Shown here in pieces: positions 42,881-53,213 of a DNA stretch of 64,000 nucleotides. The DNA lies in the NCBI GenBank assembly GCA_963820525.1, contig CAWGAA010000001.1, positions 2,912,001 through 2,976,000 on the forward strand. The letters run 5' to 3'. This DNA comes from an uncultured Spirochaetota bacterium. GTDB lineage: Bacteria; Spirochaetota; Spirochaetia; SZUA-6; Fen-1364. The notes beneath the pieces are model-generated. The model saw only the letters and a program-made list of their open reading frames with translations, was not told the origin of the DNA and did no database searches. Positions within the stretch are counted from its first letter, which is position 1; every line of letters starts with the position of its first letter. The translations under genes were made by a program, and so were the position numbers.

Positions 42881-44323
42881 ATGAAGACGGTGAACACGCC
42901 GGTCACTTTTGCTTTAATGGTGGGAACCCGGGGGTTCTTCAACGCGCAGCTTGCCCGTGAAGGGCGGACCGACATTCTGAAGCGTCTGGCCGAGCTGGGG
43001 TACCGAAGTGTGATACTGCCCGAGGGTGCGACGGCGAGCGGAGCGGTGGAAAGCTACGCGGATGCGATGACATGCGCAGAACTCTTCCAAAAACGGCGGG
43101 AGGACATCGACGGAGTGCTTGTAGTCCTCCCCAACTTTGGGGACGAAGTCGCTATTGCGAGCGCTCTCAACCTGGCGAAGCTCGATGTCCCCGTGCTCGT
43201 CATCGCCTGCGACGACGAAGTCGACAAGGTCGATCTCAACCACCGGCGAGACGCCTTCTGCGGCAAGATCTCCGTCTGCAACAATCTCTACCAGTACGGG
43301 ATACCCTTCACCGACACTACGTACCACACCTATTCGCTCGCTGGGCAGGAACTGGCGGACGACCTGCGTTCCTTTGCGGCTGTCTGCCGCACGGTCCGGG
43401 GGTTGCGTTCGGCGCGCATCGGCGCCATCGGCGCGAGGCCGGCCGCCTTCCAGACCATGAGGGCGAGCGAGAAGCTTCTCCAGGCCACAGGCATCACCGT
43501 GGTTCCTGTGGATCTCTCGGAGATACTATCGGCGGCGCAGAAGATGGGAGATTCGCCTGAGCTCGCGTCGCGGCTCAAAGAGATCGGCGATTATGGCCGG
43601 ATTCCCTCTTCAATCGTGAGGGAGAACCTCACGAAGCAGGCCAAGCTGGGGCTCGCCATCGAGGCGTGGATGGAAAAGAACCTGCTGGACGCCGCGGCGG
43701 TCCAGTGTTGGTCCTCGATACAGGAGAACTATGGTTGTGCGACCTGTCTCACGATGAGCATGTTAGGGGAGAAGCTGATGCCGGCCGCATGCGAGGTCGA
43801 CATCGCCGGCGTCATCTCGATGTACGGCCTCGTTCTGGCGAGTGGCAGCGCGTCCGCGATCCTCGACTGGAACAACAACTACGGGGCGGATCGCGATATG
43901 TGCGTCTGCACGCATTGCAGCAATTACCCGAAGAGCTTCATGGGCAACGAGATTGAGATATCAAACCTCGACATTCTTGGCAAGTCGCTCGGACCCGACC
44001 GCTGCTTTGGCGCGATCAAGGGGCGAGTCGCCCCCGGTCACATGACCTACTTCCGCCTCTCAACCGATGACCGTCGGGGAAAGATCAAGATGTACACGGG
44101 CGAGGGCGACTTCACCGATGATCCTTTCCCGATGGACGGCGGCATTGCTGTGACGCGCGTCAAAGACCTTCAGGCTCTCATGAAGTACATTGTAAAGAAT
44201 GGGTTCGAACATCACGTCGCGATGGTCAGGGGGAGCGTCGCGGCCGACCTCGCGGAGGCATGCGGCACCTACCTCGGTTGGGAGGTCTATCACCACGGCA
44301 AGGCGGCGCAGGCAGGGGATTGA
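42881..44323 (+). CDS. L-fucose/L-arabinose isomerase family protein
   Basis: NFGDE, RRDAFCGKIS, VQCW, ACEVD, GFEHH; GGAGG RBS. Confidence 0.85.
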   Translation: MKTVNTPVTFALMVGTRGFFNAQLAREGRTDILKRLAELGYRSVILPEGATASGAVESYADAMTCAELFQKRREDIDGVLVVLPNFGDEVAIASALNLAKLDVPVLVIACDDEVDKVDLNHRRDAFCGKISVCNNLYQYGIPFTDTTYHTYSLAGQELADDLRSFAAVCRTVRGLRSARIGAIGARPAAFQTMRASEKLLQATGITVVPVDLSEILSAAQKMGDSPELASRLKEIGDYGRIPSSIVRENLTKQAKLGLAIEAWMEKNLLDAAAVQCWSSIQENYGCATCLTMSMLGEKLMPAACEVDIAGVISMYGLVLASGSASAILDWNNNYGADRDMCVCTHCSNYPKSFMGNEIEISNLDILGKSLGPDRCFGAIKGRVAPGHMTYFRLSTDDRRGKIKMYTGEGDFTDDPFPMDGGIAVTRVKDLQALMKYIVKNGFEHHVAMVRGSVAADLAEACGTYLGWEVYHHGKAAQAGD

Positions 44324-44650
44324 ACGATTCCCTCCTGCTCGAGATCCTTGAACAGGACAGTGGCGAAGTGCGCACCCGCTGTCACAGGAATCATGGCGCG
44401 GGATGCGGCGTCGAACTCCCTTTCAGGGCCGAACCGGTTCGAATTGATTCAATGACAGCCTGCCTTCGCGATGCTTGCCGTGACAGCATAGTAGATTCTT
44501 CGGTTCCGCCTGGTTGTGGGCCTGGATCGAGTAGGGTGTTTCAGGCGTTCCATGCAACCCTCCCCTCTTTACTCTCTATGTCAGAGTTGAGCTACATGGA
44601 AGCGCCCGTTTTCGGGTGGCTTCTATTTCCCTGCAACGCAGATACTTACA

Positions 44651-44692
44651 TGGGCGATACAAGATTTGAACTTGTGACTTCTACCGTGTGAA
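44651..44692 (-). repeat. att-like duplicate of the tRNA-Val 3' half
   Basis: 42 bp identical to 47218-47259. Confidence 0.95.
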
Positions 44693-44983
44693 TGTACGAC
44701 TCGGCAAAAAACACTCTTTTTCTGCATATACAGAAATATATCCAGAAAGGAATTATGTCCCGAGGGGAATGAAAAAGAACCGCTCGCAGCAGTCGAATCC
44801 GCCTTCCAATACGATGGTATGCCAGTGCGGGTTCCAAGTCACGTCCTGGCGGCGCATTACACACCTCCCGGGGTAATCCGCAAGAACGATTGGGTTCCCG
44901 CTTTCTTAATCGTACTATTGGAACGCGCAGTTTTTCCATGCAATCGACCACATATGTCTCTCTATCTGGAGGCGGTCTGTTCA

Positions 44984-45011
44984 TTGACAAGTATCCAAAG
45001 CGCAATATCAT
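44984..45011 (+). promoter_or_regulatory. Promoter of the cassette gene
   Basis: TTGACA-16-TATCAT; AGGAGG RBS before 45042. Confidence 0.65.
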
Positions 45012-45041
45012 TCCCCTATTATCAAGTTTCAGGAGGAATCC

Positions 45042-47030
45042 ATGAAAAAAAAGCGTCGTTTCTCATGGGGACTTCTCGTCCTCGGTTTCTGCCTTACGGC
45101 GATCAGCGGATGTATCCCTCCGACGGGTCCCTGGGACATCCCGAGCGGCGACGGCTCAGTGGTCTTGAGCTTCTCTGATGCTCGGGCAAAAACAATTGTG
45201 CCCACCGTCAGCCTGGACATTGCAACTTACGACATCAGCTTCACTCGCACCGGCCAGCCCACCGTCACCCTCAACGGCGTCCCCGGCGCAACAACCCAGA
45301 CCCAGCCTGTCTATCTCAAGCCAGGCCCCTGGACCGTTACAGCGAAAGCCAAGAACGCCTCGGGGGACATCATCGGAGTGGGGACAACAAATGTCACGGT
45401 GAACGCGGGACATACCACAACCGCCACCATCACCATCCTGTCTCTTGTGGGTGACGGTACACTGACGTTGAGCGCCACTACCAGCGAGCTTGTAATGAGC
45501 TCTCCCTCCGTGGCGGGGACCCTCACCCCCGGCACAGGAACATCTCCTATTGCGTTGAGCTTCACCATGGGCTCAGGCACTGCCGGCTACAGCGGCTCGG
45601 TGGCCGCGGGGACCTACCTCTTGCAGCTTGAGCTATGGGACGGCTCGGTGAAGCTTGCCAGCTACGTGGACGCGCTTCTTATAGTGGCGAACTTTCCCAC
45701 ATCGGCCTCTTTAGCCTTCAAGCCCAAGAACGGCTCGGTGATCGTTGAGCTTGTGGACCAGCTCACGCGGGCCATCCCCATCACTTTGAGTGGGGCGCAG
45801 TCTACCCTCCGCGCTGGATCCACGATGACGGTAACCGCTACCCCAGCGGTGTCTGTGGACAGTTACCAGTGGTACCTGGATGGGGAGGCGATCAGCGGTG
45901 CGACGACGAACGAGGTGACGGTGGGATCGGGATTGGATGAGGGGGAGTACACGCTGACCGTGGTGGTGAAGAAGGGCTCGGTGTACAGCTCAGAGAGTGC
46001 AGGATTTACAGTGACGGCAGCAGGGGACATTCAAGCCCTCTCGGCGGGAAGCGGCTACACCATGATCGTGAAGACCGACGGCTCCCTCTGGGCCTGCGGT
46101 CGGAACAATTATGGTCAGCTCGGCGACGGAACTAATACCAATCGATCCGCTCCTGTCCAGGTGATGACCGGCGTGGCTTCCGTTTCGGCGGGAGGTACGC
46201 ACACCATGATCCTGAATGCCGATGGCTCGCTCTGGGCTTGCGGGTACAACGAGTACGGCCAGCTCGGCGATGGCACCACCACTGGCCAATCTACTCCTGT
46301 GCAGATAATGACCGGCGTGGCTTCCGTCTCGGTGGGAATTGAGCACACCATGATTCTCAAGACCGACGGCTCCCTTTGGGCTTGCGGGTGGAACTATTAC
46401 GGCCAGCTCGGCGATGGCACCACCACGAATCAATCTACTCCTGTGTCGATAATGACAGGCGTGGCCTCCGTCTCGGCGGGAGCTTACTACACCATGATCC
46501 TGAAGACCGACGGTTCCCTCTGGGCTTGCGGAGCAAACTATTATGGCCAGCTCGGCGATGGCACTACAATCAATCGATCCACCCCCGTCCAGGTGATAAC
46601 CGGCGTGTCCTTCGTTTCGGCGGGAGGTGCACATACCATGATCATGAAAACCGACGGAACCCTCTGGGCTTTCGGGTTTAACTATTACGGCCAGCTTGGT
46701 GACGGCACCACGACGGAACGTCACTCTCCTGTCCAGGTCATGACCGGCATGGCTTCGGCAGGATACGGTCATACAGTGATCTTGAAGACCGACGGCTCCC
46801 TCTGGGCTTGCGGATTTAACGGGACAGGCCAGCTGGGCGATGGCACTATAACCAATCGATCCACCCCCGTTCAGATCATGACCGGCGTATCCTTCGTTTC
46901 GGCGGGAGGTGCACATACCATGATCATGAAGACCGACGGAACTCTCTGGGCTTGCGGGGATAACCTGTGGGGCGAGCTCGGCGACGGTACCACCACGCAG
47001 CGGCAATTACCGGTGCAGATTTCATTCTAA
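45042..47030 (+). CDS. Lipoprotein with Ig-like domains and 7 RCC1/BLIP-II repeats
   Basis: Lipobox-like AISGC; YQWYLDG Ig motif; repeated HT.I.KTDG.LWA.G.N..GQLGDGT. Confidence 0.88.
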   Translation: MKKKRRFSWGLLVLGFCLTAISGCIPPTGPWDIPSGDGSVVLSFSDARAKTIVPTVSLDIATYDISFTRTGQPTVTLNGVPGATTQTQPVYLKPGPWTVTAKAKNASGDIIGVGTTNVTVNAGHTTTATITILSLVGDGTLTLSATTSELVMSSPSVAGTLTPGTGTSPIALSFTMGSGTAGYSGSVAAGTYLLQLELWDGSVKLASYVDALLIVANFPTSASLAFKPKNGSVIVELVDQLTRAIPITLSGAQSTLRAGSTMTVTATPAVSVDSYQWYLDGEAISGATTNEVTVGSGLDEGEYTLTVVVKKGSVYSSESAGFTVTAAGDIQALSAGSGYTMIVKTDGSLWACGRNNYGQLGDGTNTNRSAPVQVMTGVASVSAGGTHTMILNADGSLWACGYNEYGQLGDGTTTGQSTPVQIMTGVASVSVGIEHTMILKTDGSLWACGWNYYGQLGDGTTTNQSTPVSIMTGVASVSAGAYYTMILKTDGSLWACGANYYGQLGDGTTINRSTPVQVITGVSFVSAGGAHTMIMKTDGTLWAFGFNYYGQLGDGTTTERHSPVQVMTGMASAGYGHTVILKTDGSLWACGFNGTGQLGDGTITNRSTPVQIMTGVSFVSAGGAHTMIMKTDGTLWACGDNLWGELGDGTTTQRQLPVQISF

Positions 47031-47217
47031 CGGACAGTATGCGCCCCGCCGCGCCGGAAAGGCGACGGGGCGCCCCTATTCTCCACTCACTTCAGCGGCA
47101 TCGGGATCCGCGCGGAGGGGTCGGCCGTCGAGCTGTCGGTGACTATTCTATGCCCGCCATTGGGCGTCGTCAGGCGATTTCGCGTTCCGCATAATCGATT
47201 TTGAGTGCTATAGTGTT

Positions 47218-47289
47218 TGGGCGATACAAGATTTGAACTTGTGACTTCTACCGTGTGAAGGTAGCACTCTCCCACTGAGTTAATCGCCC
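47218..47289 (-). tRNA. tRNA-Val (CAC), CCA not encoded
   Basis: Complete cloverleaf: GGGCGAT/ATCGCCC acceptor, ACTC/GAGT D stem, CTACC-TTCACAC-GGTAG, ACAAG-TTCAAAT-CTTGT. Confidence 0.96.
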
Positions 47290-47611
47290 CGGTGCAGCCT
47301 TTGGCGGCTCCTTGTCGCCGCAAGGCGAGGCTAATCTACAACCTTCGGTTTACTTTTGTCAATTGCGCGCAAGCGGCACATCCAGGCCTCGGCCGCCGGA
47401 CGCATACCGCTGAACGCGCTTGGCGCGCCGAAAGCTTGCTTTCTTGGTATATTAAAACTTGAGTATTTAGTTCACGAAAGTATACAAAACAACATACTCG
47501 GAGGACGCGGTCAAAATGGCAGGTTTATCTGTTTATCCCATAAAGATATATTTCAGGTCCGTCTGATGCCGGATTGGTACCATTCTTGCATTGATTATAG
47601 CCGCAACAACT

Positions 47612-48256
47612 ATGGACGCACAGAACATGATTTCGATTGGCTACTATGAAAAAGACAGGGTAAAGGTTAGCGCGCTTGTCCAGCGGTTTCCAGGAGAGGT
47701 CGTTCGGAAGAGCCTTCATCTTCTCATCGCCCTCGTGCCCCCGCTTGCATCGCTGAATCTTCCTTTTACCCTCTTTCTCCTCGCGTTCGGCGTGGTGTTC
47801 TATTCATTTGCCGAAGCTTCCCGTCAGTCGGGCAGGCCGGTATTCATTGTCGGAGATCTCACTCTGATCGCCTCCCGTGATAGGGATAATGGGAAGTTCG
47901 TGCTCGGCCCCATCACCCTCGGGCTGGGTGCCATGCTGGCCCTTTCTCTCTACCCAAGCCCCGCTTCCAGCATCGCGATCTACGCCCTCGCCTTCGGGGA
48001 CGGTTTCGCCAGCCTTGCCGGTACAATGCTCGGAGGGCCCAAGGTTCCCTACCTCCACGGAAAGACTTTTTCCGGCAGCATTGCCTGCTTCTTCGCCGTG
48101 TTTTTTACCACCATGGCCCTGACGTCCCGGCCTCTCCAATCCTTCTGCATCGCCGCCGTGGCTACCGTGCTGGAAGCCCTTCCCGTGGGCAACTACGACA
48201 ACCTCGTCATCCCATTCGGCGTCGGTCTTGCGGCGACCCGCCTTCTCATCGGATAG
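47612..48256 (+). CDS. Dolichol/phytol kinase-like CTP-dependent membrane enzyme
   Basis: RKSLH, LAFGDGFASLAG, GKTFSGS, YDNLVIP. Confidence 0.82.
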   Translation: MDAQNMISIGYYEKDRVKVSALVQRFPGEVVRKSLHLLIALVPPLASLNLPFTLFLLAFGVVFYSFAEASRQSGRPVFIVGDLTLIASRDRDNGKFVLGPITLGLGAMLALSLYPSPASSIAIYALAFGDGFASLAGTMLGGPKVPYLHGKTFSGSIACFFAVFFTTMALTSRPLQSFCIAAVATVLEALPVGNYDNLVIPFGVGLAATRLLIG

Positions 48257-48271
48257 GCCATTCGTCGTCAC

Positions 48272-48820
48272 ATGACGCCCATCCAGGAGTATGGCAGGCT
48301 TCTCTATGAGGTCGAAGGTGCCCTCTCGCGCCTGACCCGGCTTGCCGATGTTCCTCTTCGATGCTCCCGGGGCTGCGCAAAATGCTGCACGCCGATCACG
48401 ATTCTTCCCATCGAAGCCTATGCCATTCTCGGCGCCTCGGCCGGCCGCGGTGAAGGAGCGGCCTTCGAAGAGGGCCGCTGTCCCCTGCTCACGCCTGAGC
48501 TTCTCTGCGGCGTGTACCAGGCCAGGCCGCTGATATGCCGGGTTCGCGGGTTTCCCGTTTTTTTCCTCGACGCCGAAGGCAAACCTTCCCGGGAAGCGTG
48601 CGGATGCACCAGCTTCCCCACGGCGCCGGCTGAGGGTTCCGCTGTCCACCTGGAGCTGTGGAACGCCAGGCTGTATCACATCAATGTCCGCTTTTGCATG
48701 GAATCGGGAATCGAGCTCGGAAGAATCCCCATCGCCGACCTTTCCCGGCTCGCCGGCTCGTGGCTCCGTCTCTCGGAGGAAAGCATGCGCGCCGCCTACC
48801 CTCTCCCGGTCTCCCTGTAG
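48272..48820 (+). CDS. YkgJ-family cysteine-cluster protein
   Basis: CSRGCAKCC, CPLL, CGVYQARPLICR. Confidence 0.85.
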   Translation: MTPIQEYGRLLYEVEGALSRLTRLADVPLRCSRGCAKCCTPITILPIEAYAILGASAGRGEGAAFEEGRCPLLTPELLCGVYQARPLICRVRGFPVFFLDAEGKPSREACGCTSFPTAPAEGSAVHLELWNARLYHINVRFCMESGIELGRIPIADLSRLAGSWLRLSEESMRAAYPLPVSL

Positions 48821-49638
48821 AGCCGCGAGAAAACCGCCAGAAAAAGCCCGACCCCGCCCTCGATTAGGAGAGCCCCGGCGACAAGGAGCAATGGCGGAGC
48901 GGAGAAAGAGAGGATCTGTCTCCCGATGAACAGGAGGGCCGAGGCGGCGGCCAGGATGTAATATGCCTTGGCCTTGGTCACCGCGGCGCCGATCAGGCTC
49001 ATCGTGCCCAGGAGCCCCAATACAATCTCCGCAAACCGGGTCCCCTGCTCGTCACCGAGCTTCAGCGTGAGGGAAGAGAGGAAGACCGTGGAATCCACGG
49101 GCAGATACGCGGCAAAGGATATTGTCAGGAGGAAAAGGATCGCGAACAGCACCGCGGACCTCTGATACTTCATCTCCAGGGCGAACAGACCCACAAACAG
49201 AAGAGAAAGCTCCCCCGCAAAGCGTGCGCCATAGACGGCGCGCGACAGAATGATGACCGCCGACATCGACCCGTTGGTGGCGTAGAGGAGCCCCAATGGT
49301 CCGCGCAAGCTCTCCAGGCAAAGGGTGAAAAGGTAGCCGATGAAGAAGGCGAGCATGGGCGAGGGGGAGCGGAGGGAGATCGCGCGAGCGGTGATGGACC
49401 CCAGCGCCGCCAGAAGCGAAACCACGCCCGCCGTCCCGAGCGCCCACAAGGGAGCGGCGGCTTCCCCCCCCTCGCGGTAGGAGAACCACCAGGGATGCCG
49501 GGCAAGACCGGCAACGGCTTGTGCGCTCTGAGCGGAGAGGAGCATGAGCGCGAGCGATATTCCCGCAATGACCGTCACGAGCAGGGAAACAGCCAATCCC
49601 GCGAAGTAGGCCGTGTCCCGCAGGGGGGGAAGCCTCAT
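48796..49638 (-). CDS. Multi-pass membrane protein
   Basis: About 8 hydrophobic segments. Confidence 0.7.
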   Translation of the reverse strand: MRLPPLRDTAYFAGLAVSLLVTVIAGISLALMLLSAQSAQAVAGLARHPWWFSYREGGEAAAPLWALGTAGVVSLLAALGSITARAISLRSPSPMLAFFIGYLFTLCLESLRGPLGLLYATNGSMSAVIILSRAVYGARFAGELSLLFVGLFALEMKYQRSAVLFAILFLLTISFAAYLPVDSTVFLSSLTLKLGDEQGTRFAEIVLGLLGTMSLIGAAVTKAKAYYILAAASALLFIGRQILSFSAPPLLLVAGALLIEGGVGLFLAVFSRLYRETGRG

Positions 49639-49757
49639 GACTTGTATGTAGCATGAGGAGGGGCAGAAGGTCAAAACGCGAGGCACGAAAGGTGCGGCCG
49701 ACGCGGCCGAGCCGCCGCAGAGTTGACAGGGGAAGGGGCATCTGGTTAAGTCCTTTC

Positions 49758-50774
49758 ATGATTCTCATTTTCCGCAAGGATGTAACTGAAGAAGAAATAC
49801 AGAGCGCGCTGCGCAAGATCGAATCTCTGGGATATACCCCGCACCTGAGCCGGGGCGCGGTGAAGACGATCTGCGGAGTCACCGGAGACGACCGCGCTCT
49901 GGCCGAATCCGAGTTCGACCAGCTGCCCGGCGTGGAGAGCGTCCTGCGGGTGCTCAAGCCATACAAGCTCGCCTCCCGCGAGTTCCATCCCGATTCATCC
50001 ATCGTACGGGTAAACGGCGTCGGCATCGGGCCCGGCAACTTCGTCGTGATCGCGGGGCCGTGCTCCGTGGAGAGCGAGGAGCAGGCGGAAACCGTCGCTT
50101 CCCTCCTGGGCCGGCTCGGCTTGAAGTTCATCCGCGGAGGGGCGTTCAAGCCCCGCTCCTCGCCCTATGCGTTCCAGGGCCTGGGGGAAAAGGGGCTGGA
50201 GATCTTGAGCGGCGCCGCCAAGCGCCACGGGCTGGGGGTGGTCACGGAGATCCTCTCGGAGCACGACGTGGATCTCGTCGGCCGCTACGCCGACATCTTC
50301 CAGATCGGCGCGCGAAACATGCAGAACTTCGCGCTGCTTCGCGCATTGGGAGAGATCCAGAAGCCCGTGTTGTTGAAGAGGAGCATGATGGGGACCATCG
50401 AGGAGATGCTCCTCTCTGCGGAGTACATCATGAAGGGCGGAAACTCCCAGGTCGTGCTCTGCGAGCGCGGGATCCGGACCTTCGAGACCGAGACGCGAAA
50501 CACCCTGGATATCGGCGCCGTCCCGGTTGCCAAGAGACTCAGCCACCTGCCCATCGTGGTGGACCCCAGCCATGCAATGGGGGATTGGCACTACGTTCCC
50601 GCGGCCTCCCTGGCCGCAATGGCCGCGGGAGGGGACGGGATCCTCGTGGAAATCCACCCGGACCCCGCGCGCGCGAAATCCGACGGCAAGCAGAGCCTCA
50701 ACCTCGCTCACTTCGAGAGTCTCCTGGAGCGCCTGCGGAGGCTCTCCGTCGCCCTGGAAGTGACTCTCGTGTAG
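49758..50774 (+). CDS. aroF: DAHP synthase, type I-beta
   Basis: IAGPCSVE, RGGAFKPRSSPY, QIGARNMQN, ERGIRTFE, VDPSH. Confidence 0.93.
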   Translation: MILIFRKDVTEEEIQSALRKIESLGYTPHLSRGAVKTICGVTGDDRALAESEFDQLPGVESVLRVLKPYKLASREFHPDSSIVRVNGVGIGPGNFVVIAGPCSVESEEQAETVASLLGRLGLKFIRGGAFKPRSSPYAFQGLGEKGLEILSGAAKRHGLGVVTEILSEHDVDLVGRYADIFQIGARNMQNFALLRALGEIQKPVLLKRSMMGTIEEMLLSAEYIMKGGNSQVVLCERGIRTFETETRNTLDIGAVPVAKRLSHLPIVVDPSHAMGDWHYVPAASLAAMAAGGDGILVEIHPDPARAKSDGKQSLNLAHFESLLERLRRLSVALEVTLV

Positions 50775-50873
50775 GCGTTCGGCGGCGGCAGGGCCTGTTT
50801 CACGCGCTGCGGGCGCTTGAAATTCGCCCTATAGGATTCTCTGGGAAGTACGATACTGTTACTAGGAGAATCT

Positions 50874-51566
50874 ATGGCAAAAAGGCTAGTCCTCGTCGGG
50901 ATACTCTCGGCCCTCGCCGCTTCGGCGGCGCTCGCCGGGGATGTCGCGACGTTCGTCAACCTCGGCTTTTCGGAGGATTCCCGCTATTTCATGTTCGCCC
51001 AATTCGGGGTGCTGGAGAAAAGCTCCACCCCCTATGCCGATTCGTTCGTGGTCGACGTTCGGGCCAACAGCTTTGTGAGTCAGGGGGTGCGGAAGGTCGC
51101 CTATACGAAGTCAGTGGAGCCCGGCAACAACGGCGAGGGGGCCCTGTTCAACCTCGTGGGAGATTCCACCGCCCTCACGCGGCAGTACCGCATCAACCAT
51201 CTCCTCTCCGGCAGGCTCTTGTATCTCCTCGTGGACGGCGGGGAGGCGATCGATTCGCTGGAGTTTCGCGATTTTCTTACGGCAAGCTCGTACAAGGTGG
51301 ACCTTCTTCAAAACGCCACGGAGAAGGGCAGCGATGCCGTCTCCTCCTACCACATCCAGCTCACCGTCACGCAGAAGGACGGCACGACCCATTCACTCGA
51401 CATCGGCAATCCCCGCATCCAGCGCTCCGGGGTCAAGAGCTACCATATCAAGCAGATCATCCTCGCCCCCGATGGCGAGTCCCTCGTGTTCGTGATCCAG
51501 CGCGCCGAGCAGGACACGCACGGCAGCAATATCCGCTACATGGTGGAAACGGCAAAAGTGAATTGA
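50874..51566 (+). CDS. Secreted DUF2259-like protein
   Basis: Signal peptide, then GD..F.NLGFS.D.RYFMFAQFG. Confidence 0.7.
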   Translation: MAKRLVLVGILSALAASAALAGDVATFVNLGFSEDSRYFMFAQFGVLEKSSTPYADSFVVDVRANSFVSQGVRKVAYTKSVEPGNNGEGALFNLVGDSTALTRQYRINHLLSGRLLYLLVDGGEAIDSLEFRDFLTASSYKVDLLQNATEKGSDAVSSYHIQLTVTQKDGTTHSLDIGNPRIQRSGVKSYHIKQIILAPDGESLVFVIQRAEQDTHGSNIRYMVETAKVN

Positions 51567-51617
51567 CTCCGGGCCTTCGAATCGGTGCGGCCCAGCCACA
51601 GCGCTGAGCCGTCACTC

Positions 51618-53213
51618 TCACAGTTTTTCCATTATGCTCTCAACGTCTTCGTCGAAGCGCACCGATATCCTCTTCACCAGGAAGCGATATGCCACTCCGG
51701 CGGCGATGAGACACCCCGCCATCGCCGCGTCGTAGGAAGCGGAGCCGAACGGGGCGATGGATCGGTTGACGAGGAACGGCACCGCCCAGACGGCAATGGG
51801 GAAAAGCTGGTTCACGAACACCCCGCCCCGGTCCGCCGTCTTCGATTCGACACGCCGGCTCACTTGAGGCACCAGGATCGAGCTCACGTTTCCCCAGAGA
51901 ATCACGAGCGCCGAAAGGACCGCAGCGGTCATCGCAAGGCTGACGGCGTATCGTGCCGTCGTTCTCAGTCCCGTCGCCAGAACGAGCAGGGCCATGGGAA
52001 CGGCTGTCGAGGCAAGGTAGGCGAGATTCTTGGCAATGAACAGTTTCCCCCAGTCCAGGGAGAAAAGCGCGTATCGCCTCACCGCGCCGCCGTCGTGGCC
52101 GAAGACGTTCGAGGGGTAGGAGAAACTCGCAATGAAAGCGATCGCCGCTCCGAGTATTGCGATGTTCACCGTTGGCTCTCGCGAAAAGACAAGCCATAGG
52201 GAGAATCCGATTCCGGCCAGAAGGGCGAGTCTCGCTCCCGCAGCGCCCGCCAGGTAGGTGCTTTCATGGGAGAACAGGATTCCGAGGCTTCCCTTCCAGC
52301 GCGGGGTTCGAGGAAAGCGTCCCATTCCCCGGCGGCGCCAAGGCAGCCCCCATGCCCGGAGCGCCGGCGCTCTCTCTCTGTTCCGCGGCGGGGCCGAGAG
52401 AGCACGGCGGGCGAGGAGGGCGCTCGCCGCAAGGGCGGCAGCCGCGACCCCCAGGGCGAAAAGGGGTCGAAGCGCCCGCCCCAGTTCATCTCCGGCCGCC
52501 ATGATCCAGGCTGAAGGACTCCAGGGTCTGAGATTGGAAAGAAAGCCGCGGCCTCCGTCGGTGAGGAGCGTCGGCCTCTGGAACACGAGAAGCGTTACCG
52601 CCCCGTCGCTCCAATGAAAGTCGAAGTTTGCGGCAACGAGGCCGAGCATGACGGCGGCGAATGCTATTCTCAAGAAATGTGAAAGGGCTCTTGCTCCAGG
52701 GAGGAGGGAGAAGGCCGTGCTCGCCGCCCACCCGGCGATATAGGAGGCGAGAAACGAAGCGAGCAGCGTGAGAACCGCGGGGAGCGGATGGGAGATGAAG
52801 AACAGGGGCAGAACAGCGGGCGCCAGGAATGGCACGACGATCCAGCCCATGGGGTTTGCAAACAGTCCGCCCAGCTCCGCGAAAAAGAGCGATGAGAACG
52901 GCGCCGGGGAGGAGCCGAGCCGTCTCCTGTTCATGCTCATGGCCCCGAGCGATAACGACGACACGAGGAACACGGTGATGAAAACGACAACCAGGAGATG
53001 CAGCATGCTGAACTCCGCGATGGCGAGCCCCGCAACCCGGGACCCGGCGGAAAGCTCGCGCACCGCCAGGGAGCAGTTTGCGGCGAATCTGATGAAAATA
53101 ACGGCGAACATCCATGCGGCGAAGATCATGTCGCCCTTGCGGATGGTCTGCTCCTTGAGACCCCGCCTGCGGTGGCTCGCCGCGGCGGAGAGAAGCTCAC
53201 CTACGAGACCCAT
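51618..53213 (-). CDS. Putative ABC exporter permease
   Basis: More than 10 TM in two halves; overlaps the ATPase gene. Confidence 0.7.
   Translation of the reverse strand: MGLVGELLSAAASHRRRGLKEQTIRKGDMIFAAWMFAVIFIRFAANCSLAVRELSAGSRVAGLAIAEFSMLHLLVVVFITVFLVSSLSLGAMSMNRRRLGSSPAPFSSLFFAELGGLFANPMGWIVVPFLAPAVLPLFFISHPLPAVLTLLASFLASYIAGWAASTAFSLLPGARALSHFLRIAFAAVMLGLVAANFDFHWSDGAVTLLVFQRPTLLTDGGRGFLSNLRPWSPSAWIMAAGDELGRALRPLFALGVAAAALAASALLARRALSAPPRNRERAPALRAWGLPWRRRGMGRFPRTPRWKGSLGILFSHESTYLAGAAGARLALLAGIGFSLWLVFSREPTVNIAILGAAIAFIASFSYPSNVFGHDGGAVRRYALFSLDWGKLFIAKNLAYLASTAVPMALLVLATGLRTTARYAVSLAMTAAVLSALVILWGNVSSILVPQVSRRVESKTADRGGVFVNQLFPIAVWAVPFLVNRSIAPFGSASYDAAMAGCLIAAGVAYRFLVKRISVRFDEDVESIMEKL

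Larger units (their letters stand above)
44651..47259. mobile_element. Small tRNA-integrated element lacking an integrase
   Basis: Direct 42 bp tRNA-derived repeats 2567 bp apart enclose one large gene. Confidence 0.8.

Noticed and set aside
44651..44692. Second tRNA-Val gene
   Set aside because: Lacks the 5' acceptor strand and D arm; it is an att-like fragment.
44769..44876. 35 aa small ORF inside the cassette
   Set aside because: Has a purine-rich upstream sequence but no other support.
45042..47030. Diversity-generating retroelement target
   Set aside because: No reverse transcriptase or non-coding template repeat; differences between repeats are not adenine-specific.
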